This document shows, one piece after another, positions 62,018 through 64,000 of a stretch of DNA of 64,000 bases. Position 1 is the first letter of the stretch. Each line of letters starts with the position of its first letter. The stretch is from positions 2,418,001-2,482,000 of the forward strand of contig CATNEN010000031.1 in NCBI GenBank assembly GCA_950097015.1, in the 5' to 3' direction. A program made the translations under genes and the position numbers. The notes beneath the pieces were generated by a model. The model made no database searches. It saw only the letters and a list, made by a program, of their open reading frames with translations, and was not told the origin of the DNA. This DNA is from Macrostomum hystrix (Eukaryota; Animalia; Platyhelminthes).

Positions 62018-64000
62018 ATGTGGAAACATCAAACACACCATAGTCTACACTCAAGACTGCTAAAAGCGTACGCATCTAAACGGCCAAAGGGCCAAGGCCG
62101 CCGCAACGTGCCCGTCAATGCCGCCATCCGGCCGCTGTTCATCAGCACCGATGATGCCAGGAGCCGACCGGCCGCCGAGACTGTCAGCGCCAGGTGCACG
62201 AGCGCCAATGAGGCTGCACCCTCCCTGGACGCTGGCAGTGAGCCACAGCAGCAGCAGCAGCAAACTGACTTGAAGCAGATGGTGAGCATGCTGTTGCCCC
62301 TGTTCACCCGCTCTCTGACCCAGGTGATTGTGCGGGCCCTGTCCAGACCGCCTGGTGAGCTCCTCACGGTAGAATCGACCAGTAAAATGGTTGAGGACAT
62401 TGTGCGGGCTGTCCTCCAGGACGTGTCTGGCATGGCCTCCGCCGCCACCGGGGTCGTGGGCCCAGGCAGCTAAACCAGAAAACTGGAAATTCCTTAATTT
62501 AAATGGGAACCCCATTACCCAGACAACGGGTCTGAAAATTATGCACCTCAACTGCAGAGGGTTTCACCCGAAAAGCAGAGAACTCACCCAATGGGTCATT
62601 AGTCAAGAGATAGACATTGCTCTCTTCTCTGAAACCATTCTCAAGAGTTCGCACACGGTCCAGATCCCTGGCTACTCCATCATCCGATACGACACTCCGC
62701 ATGTCAGACGCGGCTTGCTCCTTGCTCACTCACCGCGCGTCAAACTCACCAATGTTCGCTTGCACTACGACAACGTGAACCATGAAGCCATCTCCTGCAC
62801 CGTCAGCCTGTCTGACAACTCTCACGGTGCCGACTTTAATCTGGCTCTGGTGTACAGGTCTCCGGCACCTTACCACCTGAACCTGAACCTACTCAAGAGC
62901 CTGGTCTCGCGCAGACGCAGTGTTCTCCTTGGCGACCTCAATGCCAGACACCGCTTCCTTGGCGGTGACAGCAGCAACAACAAGGCTGGCCATGAGCTGT
63001 ACGACTGGCTCTCTGAAGGTCCGACCTCGCCCACCATCCTCAATCAAGTTGGCCAGTTCACCAGAATCGCCACCAAGAATGGCGTCACTTCCAGGAATGT
63101 CTTGGACCTCGGCCTGGCCACGGAGGACTTTCTGCCCTTTGTGCAGGACTTTGCAGTCGGTCCTGACCTGGACAGCGACCACCTGCCAATCATCCTCACC
63201 CTCAACATTCAGTCGGCAAAGTGGGCAGGTCCCGCTAAGCCGAAAAACTTTTCCAAAACCGACTGGGATCAGTTCAGGCTGAGAATTAGTGAAGCCCTTC
63301 TTCCTGACCAGCCGACTCGCCTATCGAGTGCTCAGCAAATCGACGCCGAGGTCGAGCTCATCACAAAAGCCATCCACACGGTCATTGAGTCGACTGTGCC
63401 AGACTGTGGTGGCCGAAATGCTCTGCCCAAGCACATCCTTGAGCTGATCAAAGAGCGCCGACGACTCAGACGCCTCTTCAACAGCACCGGGGATGAAAAC
63501 TTTAAAAGGCTGGCCAACCAAATGGCCAACAGGATCAAAAGGGAAATCACTTCCTTCCAGAGCGGCAAGCTCACCAAGCTGTGTGAGAATGTTGTCGAGA
63601 ACAGCAAGAACAGCAAGGTCAAGAACTTCTGGCATGACACCAGGAAGCTGATGGGCAAGTTCAAGCCCAGCTCCATTCCAACCCTCACTTCGGGTCAAAC
63701 CAGTGCGCACACTGATCTGGAGAAAGCGAACCTTCTCGCTGCCACTCAGGACTCAAAGATGCGCCCAGTCCCATCAACTTGTGACCAGCTCAAACAGGAG
63801 GTGGCCGAAGTGGCCAAGTTCATCGCTTTCTATCCGATTCCGGCCGACATCAATGGCATAGCCACTCACCCGCTTGAAGCCGCATTCACTGTAGCCGACA
63901 CAGTGTGGGAGCTTGAGCACCTCAAGCCTGATGGAGCACCCGGGCTGGATAAGATTCCCAATCGAGTGCTCAAACTCGGCCTTGAAAGCGTGGCGATCAC
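62018..64000 (+). mobile_element. Non-LTR retrotransposon (LINE, I/Jockey-like): ORF1 C-terminal remnant plus open ORF2 (APE endonuclease leading into RT), truncated by the window end
   Basis: ORF2 is open from 62373 (ATG at 62541) to 64000 by hand translation: LKIMHLNCRG, DIALFSET, VYRSP, LLGDLNARH, LDL, DSDHLPI, KNFW, EKANLL, APGLDKIPN. ORF1 remnant at 62018-62473. Confidence 0.9.

Overview
Eukaryotic (animal) genomic DNA with GT-AG introns, GC3-rich exons and many unrelated minisatellites. The style fits a free-living flatworm such as Macrostomum; this is an inference and was not verified. Eight protein-coding genes were reconstructed by hand: SPEN/split-ends (9 exons, +), transportin-3 (10 exons, +), a divergent Polo-like kinase (5 exons, +), an intronless UCP1/2/3-type uncoupling protein (+), an intronless divergent RPS15A (-), a secreted phospholipase A2 (3 exons, +), an intronless synaptotagmin-1 (-) and MGME1 (2 exons, -). 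Mobile DNA includes a LINE with an open endonuclease/RT ORF2 running off the right end, a decayed Sola2-like DDD transposase, two copies of a tRNA-derived SINE, a hAT-type MITE with 8-bp TSD and two other foldback elements. About 18 tandem arrays (about 14 kb, about 22% of the window) explain nearly all long repetitive ORFs in the track. Most notable: (1) MGME1 has no in-frame ATG before its nuclease motifs, but has a phase-0 acceptor directly ahead of a mitochondrial-targeting-like peptide, as expected if the initiator AUG comes from the flatworm spliced leader; (2) the PLA2 intron has a minisatellite at its 5' end and one inverted copy of the unit near its 3' end, a possible RNA bridge across the intron.
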